A DNA stretch of 63,977 nt, from the NCBI RefSeq assembly GCF_003704095.1, contig NW_020845264.1:868001-931977 (forward strand), read 5' to 3'. The stretch comes from Pocillopora damicornis (Eukaryota). A program made the translations under genes and the position numbers. Below the pieces are notes generated by a model that did no database searches, was not told the origin of the DNA, and worked only from the letters and a program-made list of their open reading frames with translations. Of the stretch, positions 12,035-27,200 are shown in pieces. How positions within the stretch are numbered: position 1 is the stretch's first letter; every line of letters begins with the position of its first letter.

Positions 12035-12734
12035 AACAAATCAACAAGAATGAGTCCTGTAAATAACATATTTATTTGTTTAACACTATAGTACTACATC
12101 TCATTGTATTGTCACTATAAAACCTGCTCTAAAATGACAACAAAACCTTTGAACAAAAACTACTCAGAAACTTCACACCCTTTAAAGCTTAATTTTTACA
12201 GTTGTTTCTGTTGAGAAATATTTGTAGGAAGGTCTTCAGCATGAAATGATGTGCTATGTACATTAACTGGGAAGAGTTCAAATACATCAAATAATAACAA
12301 AAAATTTAAATCATCTTAGCCTATAAGTAGAGCAATGTAGTTTTTGTTTTCCTTTTTGGACTCAATATCTCATTAACATTGTTTGACAGATAAACTGTTG
12401 CTAAAAAGTAGAGGACTAACATGGTTTGGTTTCTTTGATTACTAAACAGAGGTATTGGTCTGTGAATGGACTAAAAGTATGATTTCCTACAAACCATGAT
12501 TTATATTCAGGCATGTACAATAAATACTGTGTCTGTGACTGTCTGTTGAGCCTTGCCCCCAAATGAGAAATCAAAATGATGAAAATAACAAATCATTTCC
12601 ACTGCCTATCACAAATTTCATTTGACTTCTTATATTAAACAACATTTCACAAGTCCATCTACTACTATCCAGCAGAACAGGAGCAACTTATCGTTTCATA
12701 GTAAAAATTATTTTCGTTAGATATAATCTCATAG

Positions 12735-16277
<3,543 letters not shown>

Positions 16278-17408
16278 TTCGTTTCTACAACAAGGAAGCA
16301 AGACCACCAGTATTTCTGTAGACGAAATTTTTGGTTGGAATCCGTTTCACTCTACATAACGAGATCAGCCCTCTAAATAGAAACCGCTGGAAGTGTCGCT
16401 AGAAGTATCACCAGAAACTCTTGCTTCCAGTCTTTCTCAATTCTTGTTTGGCCGATCTCGAATAAAAATCATACATTCTTTATCTTGAGTGTTTGACTGA
16501 TCATCGAATGTTTTTCAAACCGTACCTTCTCAGTTCTAACACTAGCCTGCCGTCAAAAGTTTTCTACTGTTTTAACCAAACACGCTAACGGAAGCGAAAA
16601 AAAAGTAGATAAAAGGTGAAGTACAACCAAACCTAGAGCGTGTTTCCTTAAAAAAAGTCACTGAGATAAATACTGGTTCAGAAGTTTGCTTTTACATGTC
16701 TGAACTGTGTACATAAGTATTAAAATTTTATATTCAGCTTCATTCTGCGTCTGGACATTCTGAATGAGTACCAAGTCCGGTTAACGAATCTTTTTATAAA
16801 AAAAAATTGTTCTGTTTGATGTAGAAAGAAAGAAAGTTGTCCACCTGGTTGCCGTGTGAACTAACCCTAAGAACCAAAATTTTCTAGACGAACACTAAAG
16901 CTATTTAATTCGACCCCCGAGGATTTGACCCAGTACGGAGAGGTGGCCATGTTTACATGTATTTTTCATTGAGATGTCCATACGTTGTATCGAAAATTCA
17001 GCGATTTGTGAAATCTGTGAAAATGGTTAATGAGTTAGTGTCAGTAAGAATCAAACCCTTCATCCTTTTATGAACTTGCACTTCGCTTTCTGTAACATTT
17101 CTAATGTTTTTTCTTTTTTAACTCAATCTTCCTTTGTTTTGATCTTGGTTTTGTTTTAGAAAAAACAATGGTTCGTTCCCTCGCCTTAAACCTCTTAAGT
17201 TGTCTATCAGTTGTTACACGCGTTACGAAGTCATTAAAAATTGAAAGTTATTAAGCATGAAACGTCCAATCAAAACAATGTCGAAGTCAATCCGAGGCTA
17301 AATCTTTGTTTGTGCCATGACATCGCCCACTGACAATAACTTTTCTGTGACTGAAATTTAATTCATTCAGTACTAGAAGGCAGAAGGTCTGGAAAATCAA
17401 ACTGAAAA

Positions 17409-18818
17409 ATGCTATCTGAAAATGATGGTGATTGCCAAGAAAGGATAAGCCGACGCGTCGAATTTAAGACAAGCTACAGTGTTGAAAGTTTAACATCAGG
17501 AAGTAGCGACGGAGAATCCTATTCGCCGCGTTTGCCTCATGTAAGGAGAAGGGACAGTCTGTTACAAAGAACAAAATCCTTCAGTCAGATCATCCACGAA
17601 ATGGGCTCAAACACAAAGAAGTTAGAAGAAGAAATGTATGGACTTCTACGCGATATGGTAAGCTTCTACTTCAATAAAAACCTCTTTTGTTGCCATATTC
17701 GACCTTCTTGTACCAAAACATAGCGTTATGTCTTTGATAATCGCTGCGCTTAGAGGCGAATCTCGCGTTAGATTGTTACCAGAAAGGATTTTTCTTCTCC
17801 ACTTCTATTTTCGGAATGATTTTGACTAGTTAGTTATGGCATAAAGCTTCTCGAACGTGATGCGGCGGTATCACACAAAGGATGCTTTGCGTAACACTGG
17901 TGATAAGAAGCGTTTTGTCCGACAAAAGCCCTCGTGTTTAATTATTACAGCAGCCATTGTGCAAACATCGACAACACTAACCAATTCCATTTCCCATAAC
18001 ATATTAGAGTCGTATGCAGATTTACAAAAAAATTCATGCAGATATATTCAATTTAATTTACTTTAATTTTTTTGGATCAGTCCAGAATCAAAGAAATTAC
18101 GAGGAATCTCAATGTTTAGATTAGTGTTCTTGTCAGAATTAAGGTTTAATTTCCACCTGCTTATCACTTACAGCCCCTGGGAATCTTCTGTTTAAGTCTT
18201 CAGCTCGCGAACACTAAGATATGATTTATTGTGTTCAACTTGTATCATCCTTTTTAATGAAAGAATATAAGTATGATTGGTAAATGACGGCGAGATTTTA
18301 CTGCTTAATAACTTTTAACTTTTAAGTTATTATGATAAGTTGTTAGTTCTATTTATTTTTTAAGTTGATTGGTTTCGTCTCCCATTTGCAAACGTTTTTC
18401 AACTCTCGACAATTTTCACTTTGCTCAGTGCAGTGTATAGTAAAACAAAAGAGCTTAATGTTCTCAAGAATAAATGTTTTGGGCCCAACTCAGACTCCTT
18501 TTTGGCTCGAGCCGCTATGTATCAACCACATCTTGTAATTGATTCCTGTTTAGTACTAGTAAAAGGTAGCATACTAGGTGTTCTAAATCTTTCACTTGGT
18601 TTGTGTCACAGGATACCCTTCGTAATCAGAACCTCAGTACTGGCCGGCGGCTTCAACGTCTACAGAGAGTGTCGGGAGCGATGAAAGAACAACTACAGGC
18701 CTTCAGTCCTGTGCGGTCAGCAGCGAGTCATCGACATCTTAATCACACGAACATTATGACCATGAATGAAAAGAGAAATTGTTACTCAATAGAAAATCTG
18801 CCCACAGAATCAACTTGA
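17409..18818 (+). CDS. Orphan two-exon protein with predicted coiled coil; exons 17409-17657, 18612-18818; 151 aa
   Basis: An ATG-initiated ORF ends at a strong donor (ATG|GTAAGC) and joins phase-0 to an acceptor (TCACAG|GAT). The junction gives the heptad-like IIHEMGSNTKKLEEEMYGLLRDMDTLRNQNLSTGRRLQRLQRVSGAMKEQL. AATAAA lies about 100 bp after the stop. No family recognised. Confidence 0.6.
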
Positions 18819-19034
18819 GTCCGAAATAAGGGAAATTGGCTATTGTAAACATCAATTTTATGGATCAGCTGGCTTTGTTTATTCAACAATTAAAAGAATC
18901 AGTAACACAGGATTCCAATAAAAACAGATGTAGACAGTCATCTAGTCAGTAGACTGTTTTCGTGTCCATCTTTGAGGTAAATTCAATCCGAGAAAGGAGT
19001 CATAGTTTTATTAAGTTTTGATAAAAGTAAGTGA

Positions 19035-19045
19035 GGGGACTTTCC
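19035..19045 (+). promoter_or_regulatory. Canonical NF-kappaB site GGGGACTTTCC
   Basis: Exact match to the immunoglobulin kappa-B sequence. Function is not shown. Confidence 0.4.
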
Positions 19046-19711
19046 GTGGTTTTCTATGTGTAGTTATTGAATCCAGTCAAGAAGTTATCTACTTGTAATT
19101 GTTTAACTGGAGTATTTACTGATTAAAGTGAAGTGTGACTATAGCCTGGCGAGAGATTGTAAGATCATTCTCTGCGACACCACTGTCTTGGTTAGTGTTG
19201 GTAGCAACATTCACATTCAAAGGGCCCGGTGGCTTCTGGGACAATTGTTGCCCTCTGGGGTGACCGCATGTTGTGTGGGACACCCCACTGAGCGAGAGTT
19301 TGAAGAGTGTCCTACTTGCTGTGCGTGATAGAGAGTGTTATGTTCTCCAGATCATGGCTAACCGCACGCTAAGAGTAAAAAAGCGTGACTAGCAGCACTT
19401 GAGATGTGACGTAAGCACTTGAATGGGTTACGCGCATCGAAAGCTCATTTCCGGTTTTCTAAAATATTCTTATAACTCACTAACAAGAACATTTGAGGCT
19501 ACTTCAGAAAGAGGAAGCATACATCACGCTTTCTAGATCTTCAACCCCCTATCTATAATACAAACGAGCCAAAAAGCTAATCAGCACATCGTCGGAGCCT
19601 TTGAATTATAGGATACTAAGTAAAATCTCGTTGATATTGTTGGACAATACAAGCCGCCTTGTTCACCCACTTTTAAAAAATTCGGACATTAAGCCTTACC
19701 AATATCATTAC

Positions 19712-19837
19712 TGACGTTTCGAACCCCTCCTATTGCCCTGACGAAGGGCTCGAAACGTCAGCTTTTAAACTCTTTACGGCAGCCAATTTACGTTATCAAC
19801 TCAGTTGATAATACTTAATTACCCTGTTATACTCTCT

Positions 19838-19877
<40 letters not shown>

Positions 19878-19880
19878 CAG
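19712..19880 (+). mobile_element. Penelope-like retroelement terminal fragment with minimal hammerhead core, flanked by a 9-bp direct repeat
   Basis: CTGACGA-agggctc-GAAA-cGTC at 19738-19759 and an upstream inverted copy CTGACGTTTCG. TATCATTAC occurs at 19703-19711 and 19881-19889. The 3' part ACCACAGTTTCTTTAGAAACTTACCCC is shared with 5290-5515 and, inverted, with about 47530-47680. Confidence 0.7.
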
Positions 19881-20800
19881 TATCATTACCGACTGTCAGC
19901 TCCAGTAAAATCTTTAGAGAATTTTTCATTCAATGAATGTCATAGCTTTTCACTAGTTCATCGAAAGAAAAAATAGATTCAAACCTCCTTTTTCTAAAAA
20001 CAATATAGCATTTTGCACTCTCGAAAGTTGTTGACCTTTGTTTGCTGAAAACAAATGAATTTCCTGTCAGATCTGTGTTTTTTTCTTCACCCAAGCAGAA
20101 AAGCTTACATTAGCTTCTTAAGAGATGTCTCTTGAAGAAAAAAACAGAGAAAGTTTATCGGCCTGACTATTATATTTATTTTGACTTGAGAAAGTGATTC
20201 TCCCGCATAATATTCCTAAATTAATTGTTAAAAGAACTATCGAAACTGATGAAATTGAAATTGATTACAAATCAAACATTCCAATCAAACGCACTTGATA
20301 TAGTTCAGCAAGAGAGAATCAAGTTTGATTCTTCAGCGTTTACATTATTTTGTACACGCTCGCATTCAAAACAAGCGTGGTTTGTTTTTTTTTTATGAGT
20401 AACGTACACCTTTTTCCTTCCTCTCAAGAGTTTTAGGGTGCGTCAAACCTTATAATTAGCATGTGAAACTGCTGGGCAATAACTATATTAGCTGAAGCAG
20501 TCTTTCATGTTCACAGGCGTGTTATTAAGGCTTCCCTCGGGGACAATTTAAGTGTTATTAATCATACGGTCTCGTGACGCATAACTAGTAGATATATCGC
20601 CACAAGCCAGGCCGTAGATCACTCTTACGTGGCCACAGATTCCTTGCGGATAATTTGGCGATGAAGGGTGAGACTTGTTTGACAAGTTCCTTTAAACAAA
20701 TATGTTTTGAATATTTCTGACTTGGTCAACAGATAGCAGGGAAACATCATTTTCCTATGGCTGAGAATTTCAGCACTAACCTCGTATTTGTCTTTTACAG

Positions 20801-23023
20801 AGTACAATTTTGTTGAGTCAGATGATGACTCAGGTTTCAAAGATGATTCAAGCGTCGCATTCTCAGTGGAAAGCGGCCAGTCAGAGCGAGTTGCCACTTA
20901 CAAAACTAAATCTTGGAACTGCTTCGCCACAAAAAAACAGAAAGCTAAAGTAAAACAAGAACAGGAAGAAAATGGCACCGGGTATGACAACCCACGAAAA
21001 CAAAACTTCTTTAAAAGAGCAACCAGAAAGATCTTTGGCAAGACCAGGCGGAAGTTTAATAAGAAACATCAAGATAACAAAATGAATACCACAGTGAAAA
21101 CGGAAAAGAAACTGAGAGAAAATTATACGGAACAGGTGGCCATTATAATACCGTCAGACAGCTGTGCGAGTGTGAATGAGGAGCCAGCACCTTACCCTCA
21201 AAATGTCAACTTCATTCGAGCAGAGAAGATGCGATGCTCGATTCGAGAATCCCGCGGCTTGAACCCGCGGGAAGCTTTCCGGCTTCGCGAGAGACAAACC
21301 ATGCTTCGAGTTCTGTTTGATTTTCAAGCATGTGATGACGATGATATTTCCGTGATGAGAGGAGAACTTGTTCAAGTACTCAACAAAGATGATAAGGATT
21401 GGTGGTGGGTTGAAAATGAACATCGACAGAGAGGATTTGTGCCGCGAAACTTTCTTTGGCCCTGTGGCTGTTACGGTAAGACAACATCTTTTATATAGAA
21501 CTAACATAACTTAACTAAGTTTCTCCTTTTGAAGAAACAGTACATAAATGGCTCCTTTTTTCAAGTAATTTTCTTGTATGAGTTGGCATATTTACAAAAA
21601 CATCGGTATAATAAAGTCAATATATATCAGCGATGCTTAAAAGTAAAAAATCATCCAAAACTGAATGGGCCAAAACGAGGTTGTCAAAATTGCTAACAGA
21701 TTATTGGACACCTTTTTGTTTTCGTTCATTCAGTATAAGGATAATCCAGTTCGAGAATTTATTTTTCTGAGGGAAAAAAAGAACAGAATTGACTCTGTTG
21801 ATCTTTGGTTTTGTTATCAGCAAGAGAAATCTTTATTGCTAAAGCTTTATTACCTGCGACACACATTACCCGGGAGATGTGCTTGAGAAAGCACACCAAT
21901 GAATAAATGAATACGTTGAGTCCGATATCACTTCGGAATTGTTTGAAATTCGCTCAGTCGCTTAAACAAAGAAGAATAGAGATGAGTGGTTGGAAATGGA
22001 AATAAAAATTTATTCAGGTTCATGGCACTTGACATGCACTCTGTCGATATTTTTGAAATGTCATGCTTACTGTGGGAAACTGAAATGGAATTAAAATGCC
22101 ACTATGTTACAACCGAGTATCAAAACATTGACATTTCTTAACGACTATTATTTTTACCTCATTAGTATCTTATTCCCGCGTTTAATTCCATCATAAGAAT
22201 GCTTTTATAGTATTTGCCCATTATGATACATATTTATATTGAGAGATCAGTGAGAGTATTATCACATCGTAAAATACAGGCACGAACTTTGCATTGGGCG
22301 CACTCCTCTGTGGTCGGGTGGGACATAAATACTTCGTAGAAAATATTCTTAAAGCTAACTTCATTGATTCAAGATTTGAAAGTAGATTTTATGGTTTGTA
22401 AGATCATTATAAGGACAAATTGAGGGAAAGTTATCGCTCTCCTAATATAGAAAAAGTGATATTGCTTCTTAGATCATTTTCAGGAATGATGACGACTCTT
22501 CGCTTATCTCACAATGTTCTTGTATTGTCAACGGCTATTGACGTTAAAACGCTAAGCATCATTCACAAATGTAAAATTCGAGACACAAAGACTAAATGTA
22601 GTGTCGTTATTTTGAGGGAAGGGGTGGGTTTGCTTTTTGGTGAGGTATTGGTAACTAATATGAAGATGAGATCTGGCGCAAAGTGTTACCGTGCGCCAGT
22701 GGGCACGAGGAGGGTTAAAACTTGTCATAGCTAACTCTCTATCTTTAGGTGCCTATGTTAATTTAATTGCCTTTTAGTTAATTAACGTTTAATTTGTGAT
22801 ATAAATGGTTGAACAGCTACAGAGTTTTCAAATGCCTTTTTTTTCTACTGTAGTGTGTCAACAGTTTATTTTGGACAGAGTGACGAATGTGGGCCCAGTC
22901 CTCAGCGACCAGAACATTGAACAGCAACGGTTCCAGGCAACTGATCAATTCATCAGGGAGGAATCGTTTGGCGAAAGAACACGGCTCATTGGAAACAAAA
23001 GATACACGAGTACATGGTGCTGA
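20801..23023 (+). CDS. SH3-domain protein (basic N-terminal region + single SH3); exons 20801-21475, 22854-23023; first coding exon not located
   Basis: SH3 motif VLFDFQACDDDDISVMRGELVQVLNKDDKDWWWVENEHRQRGFVPRNFL. The phase-1 donor at 21475 (TACG|GTAAG) joins the acceptor at 22854 in frame to ...RYTSTWC*. The exon at 20801 needs an unidentified phase-1 upstream exon. Confidence 0.8.
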
Positions 23024-23849
23024 CGACCTGGTCATGTAAACCTGGAAAATCCCCGCAAGAGATTTAAAACAACACCTGATTGAAAGTGTTGGGCTGAAAA
23101 ACGCTAATGACACTGCTTTCTTCGCTTTGTTGCTGTTCTGCCGAAAACACACTCGAATAATTTTGAATTTTATTCATGTAATCTGTTTTATGGAAAGTGG
23201 ATGAATGAGTGAGATAAAGTTAAAAGTGGGCGGCTGGCATAAGAAGCCGTTAGTTTTTCATCTGGTCAAATGTTGTTTGTAAAAAATTTCAGTGTTTTGA
23301 GAGGTTACTTAAATAGATGCAATTTTGAGACATTATTTCGAGAAAAGTGTGATAGAAATCAATGCAATTTTGTTTAAATGTTAATCTCTATAAAGAGGGG
23401 ATTTCCCACTATATTTGTCATGTGGCCAGTCCTAGGGTAGGTTGAAATACGAAATTTGTCAAGTTTTGTATTTTTGAGAAGCGTATGTAACTGAAAGCGC
23501 CTTTCCACCAGTCTGAGTCAGGTTTTAGAATAACGTGAATGTACCGTTCGTCGATATTCTCATATCCTATAAGCAGGCCCCCGTTTTTTCTTCGACTTGT
23601 CTCAAATCTTCCCGCACGCGGAGAAACTCGTGTAATGCAGTGAGTAGTTACCTTAACCTACGCCGTTTGAAAGCGTAACTTTTGAGGGCTATTGCAATAG
23701 ATATTGAAAAATTGGAAAGTTTTTCCTCCTCCAAATGTATAAGAAATGACGGCCTAACGATTTAAGATTCGGGATGAAATAAATAGCTTATAAATAGCTT
23801 CTCATTCGGAGCACCCATGATACCTATGAAGGACCGAGATTTTGTATAT

Positions 23850-24078
23850 TTTTAAGTATTATTATACTGTACGTAAATTGCTAGATTAGTTTGTAACTTT
23901 TATTTGTCAAAGAACCTTATATTATTGTCTTGTACTGAATTAAAATACAATAGGGTGATTTTACAATTTATTTTGTTTATTATTTCACATTTTATTAGTT
24001 AATTGTAGGTCCGCATCAGCCTCATGGCTGCCACTTTTGTAACCTGCATCACTAAATAAAATGACTGATTGATTGATT
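23850..24078 (+). mobile_element. Probable LINE (L2/CR1-like) 3' end
   Basis: An AT-rich tract, then a short GC stem region, AATAAA at 24055-24060 and a (TGAT)n tail. Confidence 0.45.
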
Positions 24079-24161
24079 AATGAAGAAAGGATGCTAGAGC
24101 CTCTTTCTTGGTATTTCGTGACTGTCTATCATGTAGCATAAATCGAAAATACTGGGCGTGT

Positions 24162-24178
24162 TCATGTGATCACGTGAC
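24162..24178 (+). promoter_or_regulatory. Tandem E-boxes (TCATGTGA + TCACGTGAC; MITF/TFEB CLEAR- or USF-like) upstream of Hsc70
   Basis: TCATGTGATCACGTGAC lies about 90 bp upstream of the ATG. Confidence 0.45.
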
Positions 24179-24263
24179 ATTCGTGGTTATTGTAATCGCT
24201 TTGCCTGCAGATTTCTAGTTGCGTTGTATTGATTCGACTCAAAACCTTTTTTTCTCGGTTGAC

Positions 24264-27200
24264 ATGTCGAAAGGACCAGCAGTTGGAATCGATCTTGGTA
24301 CCACGTATTCTTGTGTTGGAGTTTTTCAACATGGGAAAGTGGAAATTATCGCAAATGATCAGGGAAATAGAACAACACCAAGCTATGTAGCGTTTACTGA
24401 AACGGAACGCCTGATTGGAGATGCTGCAAAAAATCAAGTCGCAATGAATCCCTCAAACACGATTTTTGGTGAGAATTCAAAACATATACATTCTTTATAA
24501 TCGAAGAGCGATGGCTGAATGTGTGCCCATGTTCCTTTGCAGATGCTAAGCGATTGATAGGTCGACGATTTGACGATCCTTCGGCGCAGGCAGATATGAA
24601 ACATTGGCCCTTCCAGGTGAAAAGATGTTGGCTTTTTCGGAATTTGTTGAGTCTTGATTGAAGTCTCAGATTTTAATTGAACATCTTATTAAAAACTGAT
24701 ATGATTATTGTACAAAGTGATACCATTCTTTCTTAACTGTCAGTCAAAAGAAACGTTACCTTTATCTAAGTAACTTACTTTCGTTTTCTAGATCATTAAT
24801 GACTCTGGGAGACCTAAAATACAAGTGGAATATAAAGGAGAAACTAAAACATTCTACGCTGAGGAGGTATTTAAGAGATTAATTAGTTTCATCGAGGAAA
24901 ATACTTTCTGGAATACGAACTCATTATATCAATAGCCCCAGCCATGCCTGCTAGTCATACCTCCCAAATTTTACTTCACAACCAGTAACCGTCGATGAAT
25001 TATTGATCTGCAATGACTCAGCCATGATTGCAACAATTCACTAAGATTTTGTAACTAACATCTGTAACAAATTACTTAAAATCAGATATTAGATAGATGG
25101 GTCAAGCTTCTAAAACCATGATAGGTTTTCCCTGCAACATCAGAAGTCATGTAATATTTTTAGGGCCAAGTAATCCTACTCCTTGTTTTGGACGGTTACC
25201 TCCAAGCTTTTGATCAAGATTTATTGGGTATTCTTTAACTACCAACAGAACCCTCCTTTTATCATTTGTCAATTTCTTGTTTACAGATTTCCTCTATGGT
25301 GTTGACAAAAATGAAGGAAACAGCTCAGGCATATCTTGGAAAAACTATCACAGATGCTGTGGTGACTGTGCCAGCGTATTTCAATGATTCTCAGCGCCAG
25401 GCTACAAAAGACGCAGGTTGGTTTAAGTGATACAAATAATGGGAGATTTTACAAACTATAGTAATGATTTAACCTTTTAACTCTGAGTAGTGATTGACAT
25501 GTAACTTCTCTCTATGATATCCAACATTATCAAGCAAACAGGTAATTAGAATACTCTTAATTATCAGGTAGAATTTGGTATTTTGATTTAATACAAAATT
25601 CCCATTTATTAATTTATAAATGTGTAATGAAGTGTGTTGTAGCTAGAGGGGAGAATGAACAATCAGATCTTGGAAATTAAACCTGAATAACAGGCCCAAA
25701 CAAAAAACTTAACTGAGGTGGCTTTTGTTGGTTATTTTCAGGTAGAGTGTGAAGTAATAAAGTATATAAAGTTTTATGATATGATGAGCACACTTGTGTT
25801 TAATGTGTTATCTGAACCTTGTTCTACTTTGCTCATCCTGTGCAAGTAAACGTGAAATTTTAATACGGAAAAATTCCAAAGTTGATTTGGAAAATTACGA
25901 TGAATGTAATTTACAATGAACTCACGATGAACCTAATTTGTGCTTTAATGTTCTTTCTAAGGTGTGATTGCTGGCTTAAATGTCTTGCGTATTATCAATG
26001 AGCCAACTGCTGCTGCCATTGCATATGGTCTGGACAAGAAAGTTGGTTCTGAACGCAATGTCCTTATCTTTGATCTTGGTGGTGGTACATTTGATGTCTC
26101 CATTTTGAGCATTGAAGATGGTATATTTGAAGTCAAATCTACGGCTGGAAACACTCACCTTGGGGGTGAAGACTTCGACAACAATGTTGTTGATTTTTTT
26201 GTGAATAATTTCAGAACAAAGTACAAGAAAGATCTTTCAACCAATAAACGTGCTCTGCGTCGCTTGAGGACAGCCTGTGAACGTGCCAAGAGGACCCTCT
26301 CCTCCAGCACCCAAAGTAGTATCGAGATTGATTCCTTGTATGAGGGAATTGATTTTTATACCTCACTTACTCGTGCCAAGTTTGAAGAATTGAACAGAGA
26401 TTTATTTGACAAAACCAAAGACCCTGTTGAAAAGGCTTTAGGTGATGCTGGATTGGCCAAGAACCAGGTTCATGAGGTTGTGTTGGTTGGAGGATCAACT
26501 CGCATCCCAAAGATTCAAGAGAAGCTGCAGGATTTTTTTGATGGCAAAGAACTCAACAAAAGCATCAATCCAGATGAAGCTGTAGCCTATGGTGCTGCAG
26601 TTCAAGCTGCAATTCTGAGTGGTGACAAGAGTAGTGAAGTTCAGGATTTGTTGCTTCTAGATGTAGCACCATTGTCACTTGGAATTGAGACTGCAGGAGG
26701 AGTTATGACAGTTCTTATCAAGCGCAACACAACCATACCCACCAAGAAGACAGAATCCTTCACTACCTATTCAGACAATCAAACCAGTGTCCTAATCCAG
26801 GTAAGCAGTGGTGTCAGGGAAGAAAAATCAAAGAAAAGTGTAACTGTGCTCTTAGAATTCAGCTGTTGCCCTTAACCCATTAAATCAAGAAGAGCTCCCC
26901 AAAAAACCTGNNNNNNNNNNNNNNNNNNNNNNNNNNNNNNNNNNNNNNNNNNNNNNNNNNNNNNNNNNNNNNNNNNNNNNNNNNNNNNNNNNNNNNNNNN
27001 NNNNNNNNNNGCTCTTCTTCACAATTACCCTAACATTAGTATCTATATTCTCCAAACTTTTCTCTAGACATTTCATTTTGTACCTGACAAGAAGAATTTG
27101 TTTAACAGTCAAAGCTTCTTAGGTTGGAAATCACTTTATTCTTATGATGTTAATAAATGATTCAGTAATATTACTGTAAGGGGAAACTAGATGCTCGCTG

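Noticed and set aside
16861-16870. CTAACCCTAA as a telomerase RNA template
   Set aside because: No pseudoknot, CR4/5 or H/ACA features are recognisable downstream, and a 10-mer alone is weak.
19035-19045. GGAAAGTCCCC (minus strand) as the RNase MRP P4/CR-I motif
   Set aside because: The downstream minus-strand sequence is AT-rich, with no P8 GARAR loop or complementary CR-V. It reads better as a kappa-B site.
25778-25815. C/D box pair in Hsc70 intron 4
   Set aside because: Too short (about 35 nt) and no terminal stem.
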